Counted from the stretch's first letter, positions 1 through 9,868 are shown. The stretch is DNA of 28,665 bases from Candidatus Bathyarchaeia archaeon (GCA_050012755.1 JBEKGO010000032.1:1-28665), one strand, 5' to 3'. Numbers and translations are program-made. Notes: generated by a model not told the origin, from the letters alone.

Positions 1-1755
1 CAAGCCTAGACCCTTTGCTTTCGTTGTGAACAGTGGTGTGAAGAGCTTCTGCATGTTTTCTTCTGAGATGCCGACCCCCGAGTCTTTGAACGATATTTCC
101 ACTGAATCACCAATTCTTGATATTCCAACAATCAGTTTTCCGCCCTCGGGCATAGCTGCGAATGCATTTTGGATTATGTTCAGGAACACTCGTTGAATGC
201 TCTCAGGATCTAGCAGCACTTTGGGGATTTCTTCGAGTTTTGTGATTACCTTTATGTTTTCAGGGACAGATAGGCCGGCGAATGTACGTTCCAAAATTAT
301 GTGCAAATCGACCGGTTCAAAAACGCCCAACTTGTTTCTCGCCATATCAAGAAGGTCGGTAATGATATGGTCTACGGAATTGATGTTTCTTTCCATAATT
401 TTCAGATGTTTTACTACTTTCTCGTCAGCGTGTTCTTTAAGCTTACAGTTCAGGAAGTAGACAGAGTTTTGGATCACGCCTAGCGGATTTCTAATCTCGT
501 GGGCAACAGATGAAGACAATTGGCCCAAGATAGCAAACCTTTCGGAAAAGCGCAATCTCTCTTCCAAGCGCTTTTTCTCGGTGATGTCGCGTTCAGTGGT
601 CGCCAAGGCGACTGCATTACCTTTATCGTCAACCAGCTTGGTAGTTGTCAGCCACACATCCAAAACGTGCCCATCCTTAGCCAAACGCTTTGTCTCACAA
701 GATCTCACGGTCTCATTCGTCTTGATCTTTCTAATGACATCTATGGTCTCCGGCTTCTTGTCCTCGGGAACGATTTTGAGGATGTCCATTCCAAGCGCCT
801 CATCTTTGCGGTAACCGTACGTTTTTTCGGCGCCCTTGTTCCAAGCAGTGATCTTCCTATCCATGTCCACAACTGTAATAGCATCGTTAGAATCGGTAAC
901 TATGGTGGCCATGCGTCGCAATTCCGCTTCAGCTTCCTTGCGTTGAGTGATGGGTACGACCAGTTCCAGCACCGCTGTGATATTTCCATCACTGTCCTTA
1001 ATTGGAGTAGCCGTAATCTCTGACCAGATAGTTTTTCCGTCAACATCCTTTCCTATTTGTTCGTGAACAACTTTCGCTTTTCCATTTTCAAGAATCTCAT
1101 GAACTCCACATCCTGAACAAATGTTGTTTCTCTGATTGTAGGCTGAGTAGCAGATTTTGCCCTCTACATCGCCGAATATTTGTTTGATAACTTCATTCGC
1201 CCAAACAGTATGGTAATCTTCCGAAATGATGGCAAGCCCAGCACCAACGCTTCTTGTAACTGTTTCAAGTCTATCTTTTTCAGCAAGGATCGCTTTCTTG
1301 GATTCCTTTCGCTCCACGGCAACTCTTATGTTGTGAGATAGTTCGCAGTACACTGTTTCTGGGTCGCCTGTCTTGTTGAGGTATTGGTCAGCGCCATAAT
1401 TCAACGCTTTTATGGCTACTTCTTCTCTGCCTTTTCCAGTAAACATGATGAAGGGAATGAAATTGTGGCGTTCACGGAGTTCCTGCAAGAACTGCAAGCC
1501 ATCTTTCTGGGGCATTTCATAATCCGAAATAATTACGTCATAATTCTTTGCATTCAGTTTCTGGAACGCTTCATCAACACAACAAGCACTGTCAATCTCA
1601 AAGTTGCCCATATCCATTAAAATCTGTTTTGAAATCTCCCGAATAGAAGAGTCGTCGTCAACATGTAAAACTCGAATGACGCTTTTTTTGTTTGAAGCAG
1701 CCAACTCAGATACTTCTACAACTATTCCATTCTGATTGAGGGTTTGTATTAGCAT
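1..1755 (-). CDS. Hybrid sensor histidine kinase (REC-PAS-PAS-HisKA-HATPase), 3'-truncated by the window edge
   Basis: Not in the ORF track (no stop inside the window). Manual translation of key segments from ATG at 1755: MLIQTLNQ...IRVLHVDDD...DVIISDYEMP (receiver), two PAS-like segments (VWANEVI..., AWNKGAEKTYGY), H-box SSVAHEIRNPL, and F/G2 boxes LFTPLFTTKAKGLGL ending at base 1. Confidence 0.92.
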   Translation of the reverse strand, partial: MLIQTLNQNGIVVEVSELAASNKKSVIRVLHVDDDSSIREISKQILMDMGNFEIDSACCVDEAFQKLNAKNYDVIISDYEMPQKDGLQFLQELRERHNFIPFIMFTGKGREEVAIKALNYGADQYLNKTGDPETVYCELSHNIRVAVERKESKKAILAEKDRLETVTRSVGAGLAIISEDYHTVWANEVIKQIFGDVEGKICYSAYNQRNNICSGCGVHEILENGKAKVVHEQIGKDVDGKTIWSEITATPIKDSDGNITAVLELVVPITQRKEAEAELRRMATIVTDSNDAITVVDMDRKITAWNKGAEKTYGYRKDEALGMDILKIVPEDKKPETIDVIRKIKTNETVRSCETKRLAKDGHVLDVWLTTTKLVDDKGNAVALATTERDITEKKRLEERLRFSERFAILGQLSSSVAHEIRNPLGVIQNSVYFLNCKLKEHADEKVVKHLKIMERNINSVDHIITDLLDMARNKLGVFEPVDLHIILERTFAGLSVPENIKVITKLEEIPKVLLDPESIQRVFLNIIQNAFAAMPEGGKLIVGISRIGDSVEISFKDSGVGISEENMQKLFTPLFTTKAKGLGL

Positions 1756-1971
1756 TACCCCAACTCAGTTAGTTAATGAGTTGATAATAAATCATTTATG
1801 AATTTAGAATACTGAGCACAGATTACTCCCAATTAGGAACAAATGAACAGCTTGTTTTTCTGCCAAGTTGAAGAATTTTTCTTGCATAGCTTCTTTGACT
1901 GCTTGGACTAAGCTTTCGGAGTTCCCAAAGTGTCTTAACGATTTTTTCGTTAGAAAGCGACGAGAGCACTA

Positions 1972-2049
1972 TGGTGGGGCTGGAGAGATTTGAACTCTCG
2001 TCTATAACGCCCGAGGCTACAAGCCTGGACCAAGCTAGCCGACAGCCCC
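1972..2049 (-). tRNA. tRNA-Pro (anticodon CGG), CCA encoded
   Basis: Reverse complement GGGGCTG TC GGCT AGCTTGGTCCA GGCT T GTAGC CTCGGGC GTTAT AGAC GAGAG TTCAAAT CTCTC CAGCCCC A CCA gives a full cloverleaf with no intron. Confidence 0.93.
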
Positions 2050-2163
2050 ATTGAAATTTGGCTCGGTTTTTTGAGGGGTGTAAAAATAATGCAGGCTTAG
2101 GCTTTAAACTTTAGTGGTTAGGGAAAAGATTTTAGAGAAAGACGTTGGGCCTGCGAGGGCAAC

Positions 2164-2757
2164 TTAGATTGGCGCTGTGGCATTTGCTACTGCAGGTGAT
2201 AGCTCAGTGGTCTTGACAACTCGTCCATGGTATAATCGGGCTACTATGCATAGCGCTGCGGCGGCTATTGCAAGATAGAATGGGAATTGAAAGCCTGCTG
2301 AGACAAAGGCGCTTATGCTCAATCCAGAAGGCATGAACTGTGACGGTAATGCAATGTTTGATTTGCCCACGGCTGGAACGTTAAAACCAATTACGCTGGC
2401 TATGGAGATCATAACTATTAAGCCAATAAAGAAGGATATCAGAATATACAGCGGTTTTTTGTATGAGAAGCCAAGAAGCTCTTTTGAATAAGACCTCGTT
2501 GGGAAAATCGAGTAAACCAGCATTACAACCCCTGCAGCTACGAAGATAAATACGCTTACAAGGTTCCAAGCCCAAAGTAAGGGTACTGTGAACTTAAGAT
2601 TAAGGAGACCGAAATTAGTGTTCATAGGCGAAGCATTTACTTGCAATAGCTTGTCGCCTATTGTTAACTGCCACCAGGGAACGAAGAGAGAAACTACAAG
2701 AACTAGAAGTGTGGTTATTCCAGCGGCAAGTCCGAACCAGTTAATGCGCCTCTCCAT
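2164..2757 (-). CDS. Hypothetical integral membrane protein (~4 TM)
   Basis: 197-aa ORF with four long hydrophobic segments; its start overlaps the stop of the upstream gene (TAATG coupling). Confidence 0.8.
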   Translation of the reverse strand: MERRINWFGLAAGITTLLVLVVSLFVPWWQLTIGDKLLQVNASPMNTNFGLLNLKFTVPLLWAWNLVSVFIFVAAGVVMLVYSIFPTRSYSKELLGFSYKKPLYILISFFIGLIVMISIASVIGFNVPAVGKSNIALPSQFMPSGLSISAFVSAGFQFPFYLAIAAAALCIVARLYHGRVVKTTELSPAVANATAPI

Positions 2758-3350
2758 TATGACCCACCCAAGTAAGATTGAATGGATGCTGGATCGAACT
2801 GATCAAGGTGGACTTTAATTCCGCCCACGGTAACATCCAGATTTTTCAGCACAATATTGTTAATGTCTATGTTGCCCGTGTTTTGACCACTAATTTGATT
2901 GTACAGTTGTTGAGGTATTACGCCTTCAATATTGATTATTGCACTTTCCCCAGGTTGGATATTGAGTTCTTGAGGGATTGAAATGTTTCCTACTAACGAA
3001 CTGTTGTCCTTTGACTGAATTTGTACTGACAATTGAGATACAGAAATTTCGTTGGGCAACGGGTTTGTTGCATTTATTGCTACATTGAAATCTCCTGTAG
3101 CTGGATTGTACTGTGGAGTGCCTACCAACTGGGGGACTTGAAAGTTGGACCCTGTTATGTTAATCGGGCTAGTTGAGGAAGATGAAGGATATTCCCCAAG
3201 ATTTTGACCTAAACTTTGGCCTAAATTGGAAAATTGAGGAGGCAAAACTAACCCAATCAAATTGTTACGATAAGCGAGGGCGACGTATGCAAATGGACCA
3301 ACTATTATTGCGATTGTGAGCAGGGTTAACGCTAATTTCACTTTATTCAT
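2757..3350 (-). CDS. Hypothetical N-terminally anchored extracellular protein (LEA_2/Ig-like beta fold possible)
   Basis: 197 aa; N-terminal hydrophobic helix; beta-rich body with 'NATNPLPNEISV...IQPGESAII' pattern. Confidence 0.75.
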   Translation of the reverse strand: MNKVKLALTLLTIAIIVGPFAYVALAYRNNLIGLVLPPQFSNLGQSLGQNLGEYPSSSSTSPINITGSNFQVPQLVGTPQYNPATGDFNVAINATNPLPNEISVSQLSVQIQSKDNSSLVGNISIPQELNIQPGESAIINIEGVIPQQLYNQISGQNTGNIDINNIVLKNLDVTVGGIKVHLDQFDPASIQSYLGGS

Positions 3351-3432
3351 TTCAACCGCTTCTCATGTAGTAACAGATATCAACCGCTTCTTATATAGTA
3401 ATAGTTAATATTTAACGTTTACTTATCATACA

Positions 3433-4158
3433 TCAAGATTCTTCACAAGGTTTTTCCTTGTAGGGTGAAGCCAAAACTTCTTTAACTTTATTCGTGATCA
3501 CTGGTCCAAGTCCATGCACTGCTTTTGACCAATCATCAACGTTAATGAGCGCATTCATCGGCGTTTGATAAGCATCCAATATAGCTACTGCTTTTTCTCT
3601 TCCAATATTTGGCAAACTTGCAACAAAATAAATCTGAGAATCCGACAACGTCTCGCATTTTTTAAAGGCGTGAACCATAGGGCTTCTTTTCTCGACAATT
3701 TGTTCTTGCCGAGCGGCTGTATAAAGAAAATCTATAGTTTCTTTGTAGGATGATGTGTTAACAAGGGAGACCCCATTTTTCGCTAAATTAAACATCGCAC
3801 CCCAAACTGCGCTGGGCTGAATGTTACTGTACTTGTAAATGATGGGCAGGTACCCCTCAAGCACGACTAGTGATTTGGGGTAAGCATCTTTAAGCGTGAA
3901 AATCTGTTCAAACAAGTAACGTCTTGTCAATGTGTAAACAAAATCACTAACGGTTTTGCGTTCAACAGCACATTCGTCTGAGAGAATATAATCGCCTCTC
4001 TCAAGTAGCTGAGTCTTAATGTTAACGCCCCGTTCAACTAAGCCCTTAACAATTTTTTCTGCACTACTTGCTTCGCGGCTATCTACTATTATGGTTGGTT
4101 CTTCACCGTTCTTCTTTTTATCACTAATGAAGGGAACCAACGATTCAGTACCAGACAT
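3433..4158 (-). CDS. xpf: XPF/ERCC4 structure-specific endonuclease (short form, nuclease + HhH2)
   Basis: VDSRE, GDY, ERKTVSDF nuclease motifs; C-terminal LPNIG...VHGLG helix-hairpin-helix pair. Confidence 0.92.
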   Translation of the reverse strand: MSGTESLVPFISDKKKNGEEPTIIVDSREASSAEKIVKGLVERGVNIKTQLLERGDYILSDECAVERKTVSDFVYTLTRRYLFEQIFTLKDAYPKSLVVLEGYLPIIYKYSNIQPSAVWGAMFNLAKNGVSLVNTSSYKETIDFLYTAARQEQIVEKRSPMVHAFKKCETLSDSQIYFVASLPNIGREKAVAILDAYQTPMNALINVDDWSKAVHGLGPVITNKVKEVLASPYKEKPCEES

Positions 4159-4307
4159 AGGTTCAACTCTTAGTAGCTAAACCATTGTTGCATGTTTATT
4201 TTACTTGCGCTCCGCAAAAATACGAATTAAAGATAAAGTAAAAGGCTATTTTGCTTATTGCAAAATTTCCTGATTTCAAATAAAAGTTTTAAGATTGCTA
4301 TTTGGAT

Positions 4308-4472
4308 TTATTCATATCTTATTAGGAATAATGGTTTGTTTGCTTCTTTGCGCCTATCCTCTAAGGGCATGTCTTTCAATGATACGTTCTCAGGCTTTCT
4401 ATGCAAACGTTCCTTTTTAGTCCCGTAGAAGTTCTCTCGTATCAGCTCGGATTTCTTGTGTTGATAACCCAT
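4308..4472 (-). CDS. Small basic hypothetical protein (54 aa), below the ORF-track cutoff
   Basis: MGYQHKKSELIRENFYGTKKERLHRKPENVSLKDMPLEDRRKEANKPLFLIRYE*, preceded by SD-like GAGGGT; fills the tuf-xpf gap on the same strand. Confidence 0.5.
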   Translation of the reverse strand: MGYQHKKSELIRENFYGTKKERLHRKPENVSLKDMPLEDRRKEANKPLFLIRYE

Positions 4473-4675
4473 TAACCCTCGCCTTGTTTAGTTTATTCGC
4501 AAATATAGAATATATGCAGTTGTGATTGTAACGGCACAGCAACAAATGTGGATTATTGTTGAGGAAAGGAGCTAAAAACTGAATCGAGTATTTCAAAAGT
4601 GACTATGGAATTTACAGACTATTCTTTAAAGTTTGGGTGCAAAAAATATTAAAGCAAAAATAAAATGGAAGGGGC

Positions 4676-5980
4676 TTATGGTCCCTTTTTGGTTACTTCT
4701 TTGATGACGCCTGCTGCTACTGTTGTGCCCATGTCTCTGACTGCGAATCGACCGAGCTCTGGAAAATCTGTGTAAGCTTCTACGGCGATTGGGTGTAATG
4801 GTTCCATGCGTACCCAGGCTGCATCTCCTGTTTTGATGAAGCTTGGATGTTCTTCAGTTACTTGTCCTGTGCGTGGATCAATTTTCTTTATGAGTTCTGT
4901 GAATCTGCATGCGATTTGTCCTGTGTGGTAGTGGAGTACTGGTGTGTATCCTGCTGCTATTGCGGTTGGGTGGTAAATCACTATGATTTGGCCAATGAAT
5001 TCTTTAGCTACTGTTGGTGGATTGTCGACTGGTCCTGCTACGTCTCCTCGGTGAATGTCCGTTTTTGCGATGCCTCTTACGTTCATGCCGATGTTGTCGC
5101 CTGGTTCAGCTACTGGAATTTGTGTATGGTGCATTTCGATTGATTTAACTTCGCCTGTTTTGTTGCTTGGCATGAAAACTAGATTTTGCCCTGGTTTGAG
5201 AGTGCCTGTTTCTACTCTGCCTACTGGAACGGTGCCGATTCCTGTGATGCTGTAGACGTCTTGAATTGGCACGCGCAGGGGTTTGTTAGTTGGTTTAGCT
5301 GGTAATTCTAGCAGGTCTAGTCCCTCCATTAAGGTTGGACCATTGTACCAAGGTAATTTCTCAGCTTTCTTAAGCAGGTTTTCACCTGTCCATCCTGAAA
5401 CTGGTATAAAGTTAATTTTATCGACTTTGTAGCCTACCATTCGAAGCATTCTTGAAACTTCATTCTTGATTTCTTCATACCTTTCTTTGCTGTAATTAAC
5501 AGATATATCATCCTGTTTGTTAACTGCAACGATTAGTTGGCGAATGCCTAAAGTGAATGCTAAAAATGCGTGCTCTCGTGTTTGACCGCCTGCACCGATG
5601 CCTGCTTCAAACTCACCTTTTTTGGCAGAGACGAAGAGTACGGCAGCATCAGCTTGGCTTGCTCCTGTGATCATGTTTTTGACGAAGTCTCTGTGTCCTG
5701 GTGCATCGATGACTGTGAAGTTGTATTTTTTGGTCTGGAATTGTAGGAATCGAAGATCAATGGTGACTCCTCTTTCCCTTTCTTCCTTAAGGTTGTCTAG
5801 TACCCAAGCGAATTTGAATGTGCCTTTGCCCATTTTTTCGGCTTCTTCTTCAAAGGCTTTGATTGTCCGCTCGTCGATTGCGCCGGCTAAGTATAGCAAG
5901 TGGCCAGTTGTTGTGGATTTTCCCGCGTCAACGTGCCCCATGATAATGATGTTAAGGTGGGGTTTTTCTGATTTACTCAT
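4676..5980 (-). CDS. tuf: Translation elongation factor EF-1alpha
   Basis: [40 protein letters not shown] motifs; 434 aa. Confidence 0.99.
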   Translation of the reverse strand: MSKSEKPHLNIIIMGHVDAGKSTTTGHLLYLAGAIDERTIKAFEEEAEKMGKGTFKFAWVLDNLKEERERGVTIDLRFLQFQTKKYNFTVIDAPGHRDFVKNMITGASQADAAVLFVSAKKGEFEAGIGAGGQTREHAFLAFTLGIRQLIVAVNKQDDISVNYSKERYEEIKNEVSRMLRMVGYKVDKINFIPVSGWTGENLLKKAEKLPWYNGPTLMEGLDLLELPAKPTNKPLRVPIQDVYSITGIGTVPVGRVETGTLKPGQNLVFMPSNKTGEVKSIEMHHTQIPVAEPGDNIGMNVRGIAKTDIHRGDVAGPVDNPPTVAKEFIGQIIVIYHPTAIAAGYTPVLHYHTGQIACRFTELIKKIDPRTGQVTEEHPSFIKTGDAAWVRMEPLHPIAVEAYTDFPELGRFAVRDMGTTVAAGVIKEVTKKGP

Positions 5981-6198
5981 TTTTTCATCCTCTATTAATC
6001 TTACCTAATTTTATGAATTCGGTTAACACATCAGTCCTTCCAATTATTTTAAGTTTCCGTGTCTTTTACGCTTGGAAATACGGCTTAAAAATCCAAGAAT
6101 GGACTAAAAACCAAAATCATAAATTATTTTTCAGACAATTTCTGCAGGCAACTTATAACTTTGAAATAGTATGGCTATTCATGAGAGTCGGCGGTGAA

Positions 6199-6843
6199 AT
6201 GGGTCAAGGCATATCTGTTGTAACAACCACCTGGAATGAAAAAGAAAACATCAAAGAACTAATTCTCAGAGTCCGATCAACGCTCAAGGATATACCTCAT
6301 GAAATAATCGTTGTCGATGACAGCTCAACCGATGGAACCCTAAATATCGCAAAACAACACGCCGATATAGCGGTCGGCAAAGTCAGGGAAGGACAAACCA
6401 AAGGCTTACTTTACGGAATGAAATATGCCAATTTCCCGGTCATAGTGACAATTGATTCCGACTTGGAGAATAACCCTGAACTCATTTCTGCACTCGTCAA
6501 AAAACTTGATGAGTTCGACGTGGTGAACGCGTCACGAACGTTTGTTCCCAGATTTTCAGAGCAGTGGGCAGCCAAAACCTTGGGCAAAATGGTTGGCGTC
6601 TCCGATTTTTACTCGAATTTTAGGGCTTTCAAAAAAGAAGTAACAACAAAATTTGCTTTGAAGGGCGGAGAAACTTTTGGCGGAGAACTGTTGGTTATCG
6701 CCAAAAAGAATGGTTTTAAGATTGGCGAGGTTTCCTATGAGCCGCCGCCTAGACGCAGCAAACCAAGAATTGGTGGAAACATAAGAGCTAATCTGAGAAT
6801 ATCTTTAGCTTCTTGGAAGTGTTTTATTCTCTTGGCCGTGTAG
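6199..6843 (+). CDS. Glycosyltransferase family 2 (dolichol-phosphate mannosyltransferase-like)
   Basis: ISVVTTTWNE, VVDDSSTDGT, IDSDLEN motifs; start moved to ATG 6199, which follows SD GGCGGTGA. Confidence 0.88.
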   Translation: MGQGISVVTTTWNEKENIKELILRVRSTLKDIPHEIIVVDDSSTDGTLNIAKQHADIAVGKVREGQTKGLLYGMKYANFPVIVTIDSDLENNPELISALVKKLDEFDVVNASRTFVPRFSEQWAAKTLGKMVGVSDFYSNFRAFKKEVTTKFALKGGETFGGELLVIAKKNGFKIGEVSYEPPPRRSKPRIGGNIRANLRISLASWKCFILLAV

Positions 6844-6885
6844 AATACAGTAAGAAGACTAAACCCAAGTTTTACGAGTAAGCAG

Positions 6886-7272
6886 CTAACGGCGCTCAAT
6901 TAATTCAATCAGGGTTCCGTCTGGGTCCTCAACAAAAGCAATTGTTGTATTGGAATTCAGCTTAAACGGCTCATCAGTAATTGTAATGTTTTCCTTTCGC
7001 AAAGCAGCAACGGTTTTGTTTATGTCTGCAACTTCGAAGCCTAAATGGTCAAACAAACGTTCTTCATATTCAGGCTGACTAAACGTTTTTTGATCATGCA
7101 TGTAAGTTAATTCTAACGTGCAGCCTTCGCCTTTTGGGTCCTGAAGGAAAGCAATTTCGGCGTTGTTTTGCTTAATTTCATTTCTACGAAGAACTCGGAG
7201 TCCAAAGAATTTTGAGTAAAAATCAATCGACCTCTCAATATTGCTTGTGCGGATGCTGGTATGAACAAACAA
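6886..7272 (-). CDS. VOC family protein / lactoylglutathione lyase (glyoxalase I)
   Basis: HTSIR, LELT, DHLGFEV, DPDGTLIEL metal-binding motifs. Confidence 0.9.
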   Translation of the reverse strand: MFVHTSIRTSNIERSIDFYSKFFGLRVLRRNEIKQNNAEIAFLQDPKGEGCTLELTYMHDQKTFSQPEYEERLFDHLGFEVADINKTVAALRKENITITDEPFKLNSNTTIAFVEDPDGTLIELIERR

Positions 7273-7329
7273 TGTTTAATCACCTCAACTTTTTCCATTG
7301 TTTACGACAGCAAACTTTGTTATAATGCT

Positions 7330-7758
7330 TTAGTTAGAATTGTTTTCTGATTGTTCATCAAGGGTTTTATTTACAAGAGCATCTGCTCTTTGGATGTAGA
7401 CATTAGTTCTTGGAACATTCACAAAAGTTGTTTTCTTGAAGCACCTCTTCAATTCTTGTGCTCTGCGCCATAACTTTTGGAGCTCAAAGTTTTTTACGCT
7501 ATATTCGCCTTTGAGTTGCTTTGCAACTAATTCGCTGTCAAGATAGCAAACGACTTCTTCGACTTTGTTGGCTGCTGCAAACTCCAACGCCGCGATCAGC
7601 GCATTATATTCCGATTGGTTATTGGTGTGGGTTCCTATGAAGAGTGAATCTGCTTTTACGGTTTCACCTTTTTCTGTTAAGGCTAAATATGCGATCGCTG
7701 CGGGTCCAGGGTTTCCTCTTGCTCCACCGTCAGAATAAAGGAATAACCGCTGAAACAT
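7330..7758 (-). CDS. rnhA: Ribonuclease HI (archaeal type)
   Basis: DGGARGNPGPA, TNNQSEY, DSELV, VPR..ADAL motifs. Confidence 0.95.
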   Translation of the reverse strand: MFQRLFLYSDGGARGNPGPAAIAYLALTEKGETVKADSLFIGTHTNNQSEYNALIAALEFAAANKVEEVVCYLDSELVAKQLKGEYSVKNFELQKLWRRAQELKRCFKKTTFVNVPRTNVYIQRADALVNKTLDEQSENNSN

Positions 7759-8196
7759 AATAGCCCTCGTTGTTATTATCCATCTGATTATTATTTAAGG
7801 GCGTTTAATCTATTTTAACCATACATATGCAAGAGTAAATGTTGCAAAAGCCTGTCATATACATTGGGTTGATAAATTCTTCACTAAGAATAAAGCAAGA
7901 AAGTGATTTGGTGGGGAGAAGGAGAAGGATAAGAAGCCAAACCACTGACTTGTCCTTACGTGTTTTACTTAATGGTTGACCTATTAAGCGTTGTTAACAT
8001 GCAGCAATATACATCAAAAGTGCTTCTTCGCAAATAATAGAAGCCGTTTTGCAAGCCCAGAATCAGCAACGCAAAGCAATTTCGGCTGGGCATTAAATCT
8101 TAATCCAACCAACACTTTTTGCTTGGCAGGCACTTAAAAGAGTACAAACTAATCCATCAAGATAAAAGAAAAGCTATTTTGAAGAAAAGAACGGCT

Positions 8197-8577
8197 TTAT
8201 TTTAGCGAGTCCTTCAAAGCGGCAAAGTAAGACAGGACTTGCTCAATCTGCTCTTCAGACATTGATAATATAGTTTTGATTGCTGCTTTCTGTTTTGGCG
8301 ATGAAGAAACGGTAACTGTGGCTAAAGCGTAATCTAAGCTGGTAAAAAGTGGTTCCCATGGAATGTTAACTCGTTTCCCTTTGAGGTTGTACAGGGCAAG
8401 GACAAATGCGCTTGCTCGGCTTAAGCCGTCTTTGAAGGATTGGATTGTTCCTCCGAGAGTTATAGCGTCATAGTCGGTTCCAGAAAGGAAGCTTCTGATA
8501 ACCTTGTAATTTTGCTCCAAATTTTGGATTTCAGCAAATAGGTCTTGTTTAATTTTTGTTTCTGTATTATCCGCCAT
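8197..8577 (-). CDS. Hypothetical protein (helical)
   Basis: 126-aa ORF with upstream BRE/TATA-like AAAAAGTCTTATA at ~8613-8626. Confidence 0.75.
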   Translation of the reverse strand: MADNTETKIKQDLFAEIQNLEQNYKVIRSFLSGTDYDAITLGGTIQSFKDGLSRASAFVLALYNLKGKRVNIPWEPLFTSLDYALATVTVSSSPKQKAAIKTILSMSEEQIEQVLSYFAALKDSLK

Positions 8578-8710
8578 ATTTGATCGCTCTTCTGTATGTT
8601 AAAATCAGGTACATATAAGACTTTTTTGGCTTACCACTATTTGTGTGTCTTGGGCTGCATCCAAATTTCTTGACAAACTTACCTCTTTTCCTTTAGAGCG
8701 GTTTTGTGCT

Positions 8711-8758
8711 TCTTTGTTGCTCTACAGAAGGCGTAGAAAGACGAAATTAGCCGTTTGA
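8711..8758 (+). pseudogene. Orphan 3' end of a membrane-anchored surface protein gene
   Basis: SLLLYRRRRKTKLAV*; aligns with the LLIYRRHRKVN* end at 10287-10322; no upstream ORF. Confidence 0.5.
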
Positions 8759-8868
8759 TGCGTCACTCAAAAAAAATTCTGAGTGGTTTGCGAAAGACCA
8801 AGCTTGATTAAAAAAGAAGTTTAGTAGAAGTTGCGTGCTTCTTTACGTTTCTCCGCTTCTTCATAGAA
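8753..8868 (+). repeat. ~116-bp direct repeat, copy A
   Basis: About 86% identical by manual alignment to 10325-10439; contains the hairpin CACTCA-N10-TGAGTG. Confidence 0.92.
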
Positions 8869-9032
8869 ACGCAGAATTTAAAGAAAAATATGGTTATAGA
8901 GGTGATATTTCCACGGGCGAAGGAGTTCAAGGCCCATCCGCCAAAGTCATCACCCAAGCATTTTCTTGGTTTGTTTGATATTTGTAACAATCTTAAAATT
9001 TTACCTCAGCATATATGTTTACGGTGATGTAT

Positions 9033-9227
9033 ATGTCTAAAAAGACCACCGTTATCTTACGCGATGATGTCTATCAAACGCTAAAAGAGACAGCCGGCGC
9101 CAGAAATATCTCAAATGAAATCAATAAAATTCTTCTTGAACACTTTGGAAAAACCGAAAGTATGTTTGGCACCATGAAAAAAACCGATACTTCCGACCTT
9201 AGAGACCATAAGGATCGCTGTCTATGA
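9033..9227 (+). CDS. vapB: VapB-type antitoxin
   Basis: KTTVILRDDVYQTLK N-terminus (RHH/VapB-like); ATGA overlap with the PIN toxin; ATG 9033 follows SD GGTGA. Confidence 0.8.
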   Translation: MSKKTTVILRDDVYQTLKETAGARNISNEINKILLEHFGKTESMFGTMKKTDTSDLRDHKDRCL

Positions 9228-9613
9228 AATACGTAATTGACTCCTATGCCTGGATTGAATACTTTACTGGGTCGGAACTCGGCGAAAAGGTTAAATCGCT
9301 TATTGAAAGTTCTGAAGAAAAATTAACTCCAACCATATGTTTAGCAGAAGTTTATGCCAAAACCCTTAAAGTTGAAAACCAAGAACTTGCTGAAAAGCAA
9401 AAAACATTTATCAAAGAAAAAAGTGCGTTGGTATTTCTCGATGAATCAATTGCAGTGGAATCCGCTAGGCAAAACGTTCGATTGAAAAAGGAAATTGATG
9501 GATGGGGTCTAGCTGACTCAATTGTTTATGCAACTGCAATTATAAAGAAAGCTGAAGTAGTAACTGGAGATGAGCACTTTAAAAAACTCAAGAATGTGCT
9601 GTTCATAAAATAG
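9224..9613 (+). CDS. vapC: VapC PIN-domain toxin
   Basis: VIDSYAWIEY, LAEV, GLADSIVYATA, VTGDEHF PIN motifs. Confidence 0.93.
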   Translation: MKYVIDSYAWIEYFTGSELGEKVKSLIESSEEKLTPTICLAEVYAKTLKVENQELAEKQKTFIKEKSALVFLDESIAVESARQNVRLKKEIDGWGLADSIVYATAIIKKAEVVTGDEHFKKLKNVLFIK

Positions 9614-9617
9614 TTTC

Positions 9618-9687
9618 TCAATTGCAACGGTGGTTAGGTGCTGGTTTGTTGGTTTACTTCAAGAAACACAAGCGCGCGTTTGACTGA
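9618..9687 (+). pseudogene. Orphan frameshifted C-terminal membrane anchor
   Basis: SIATVV/(+1)/GAGLLVYFKKHKRAFD* begins 4 nt after the vapC stop; resembles the LLVHFKKQKH* end of 11476-12936. Confidence 0.6.
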
Positions 9688-9785
9688 CTGACCTCTGGCT
9701 TGACTGAGAAAAGTGTCTGGATGACAAAGCGAGATTGACATACTGAGACTGACAGAGAGAGACAGTGACAGGCAGACAGCGAGCA
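9681..9785 (+). repeat. GACT/GACA/GAGA-rich low-complexity tract
   Basis: tgactgactg...tactgagactgacagagagagacagtgacaggcagacag; a similar tract lies at 25735-25862. Confidence 0.6.
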
Positions 9786-9868
9786 TCTGTAGTTGTGGTT
9801 CTACAGTCACAAATCGTTAAGTAGAATTGAAGGGCAATTAGTCAGTTATGCAAGAGGTGATTGGGCAA

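Noticed and set aside
197-1620. Plus-strand ORFs (197-460, 301-483, 520-1023, 581-814, 1384-1620)
   Set aside because: Antisense shadows of the histidine kinase on the minus strand. The same applies to the short ORFs inside tuf, leuS, apgM, the ABC genes, SDR, tyrS and 26523-28166.
1972-1990. tRNA-Pro 3' end as an integration site
   Set aside because: No duplicate of the tRNA 3' end and no integrase seen in the window; cannot be excluded beyond the left edge.
8922-8943. tRNA-like 3' fragment (GGAGTTCAAGGCCCATCCGCCA) as an att site
   Set aside because: The T-stem does not pair properly and it does not match the tRNA-Pro in the window.
8808-8990. 60-aa minus-strand ORF
   Set aside because: No RBS or recognisable motif; it crosses the repeat boundary and only its 3' third has a counterpart at copy B.
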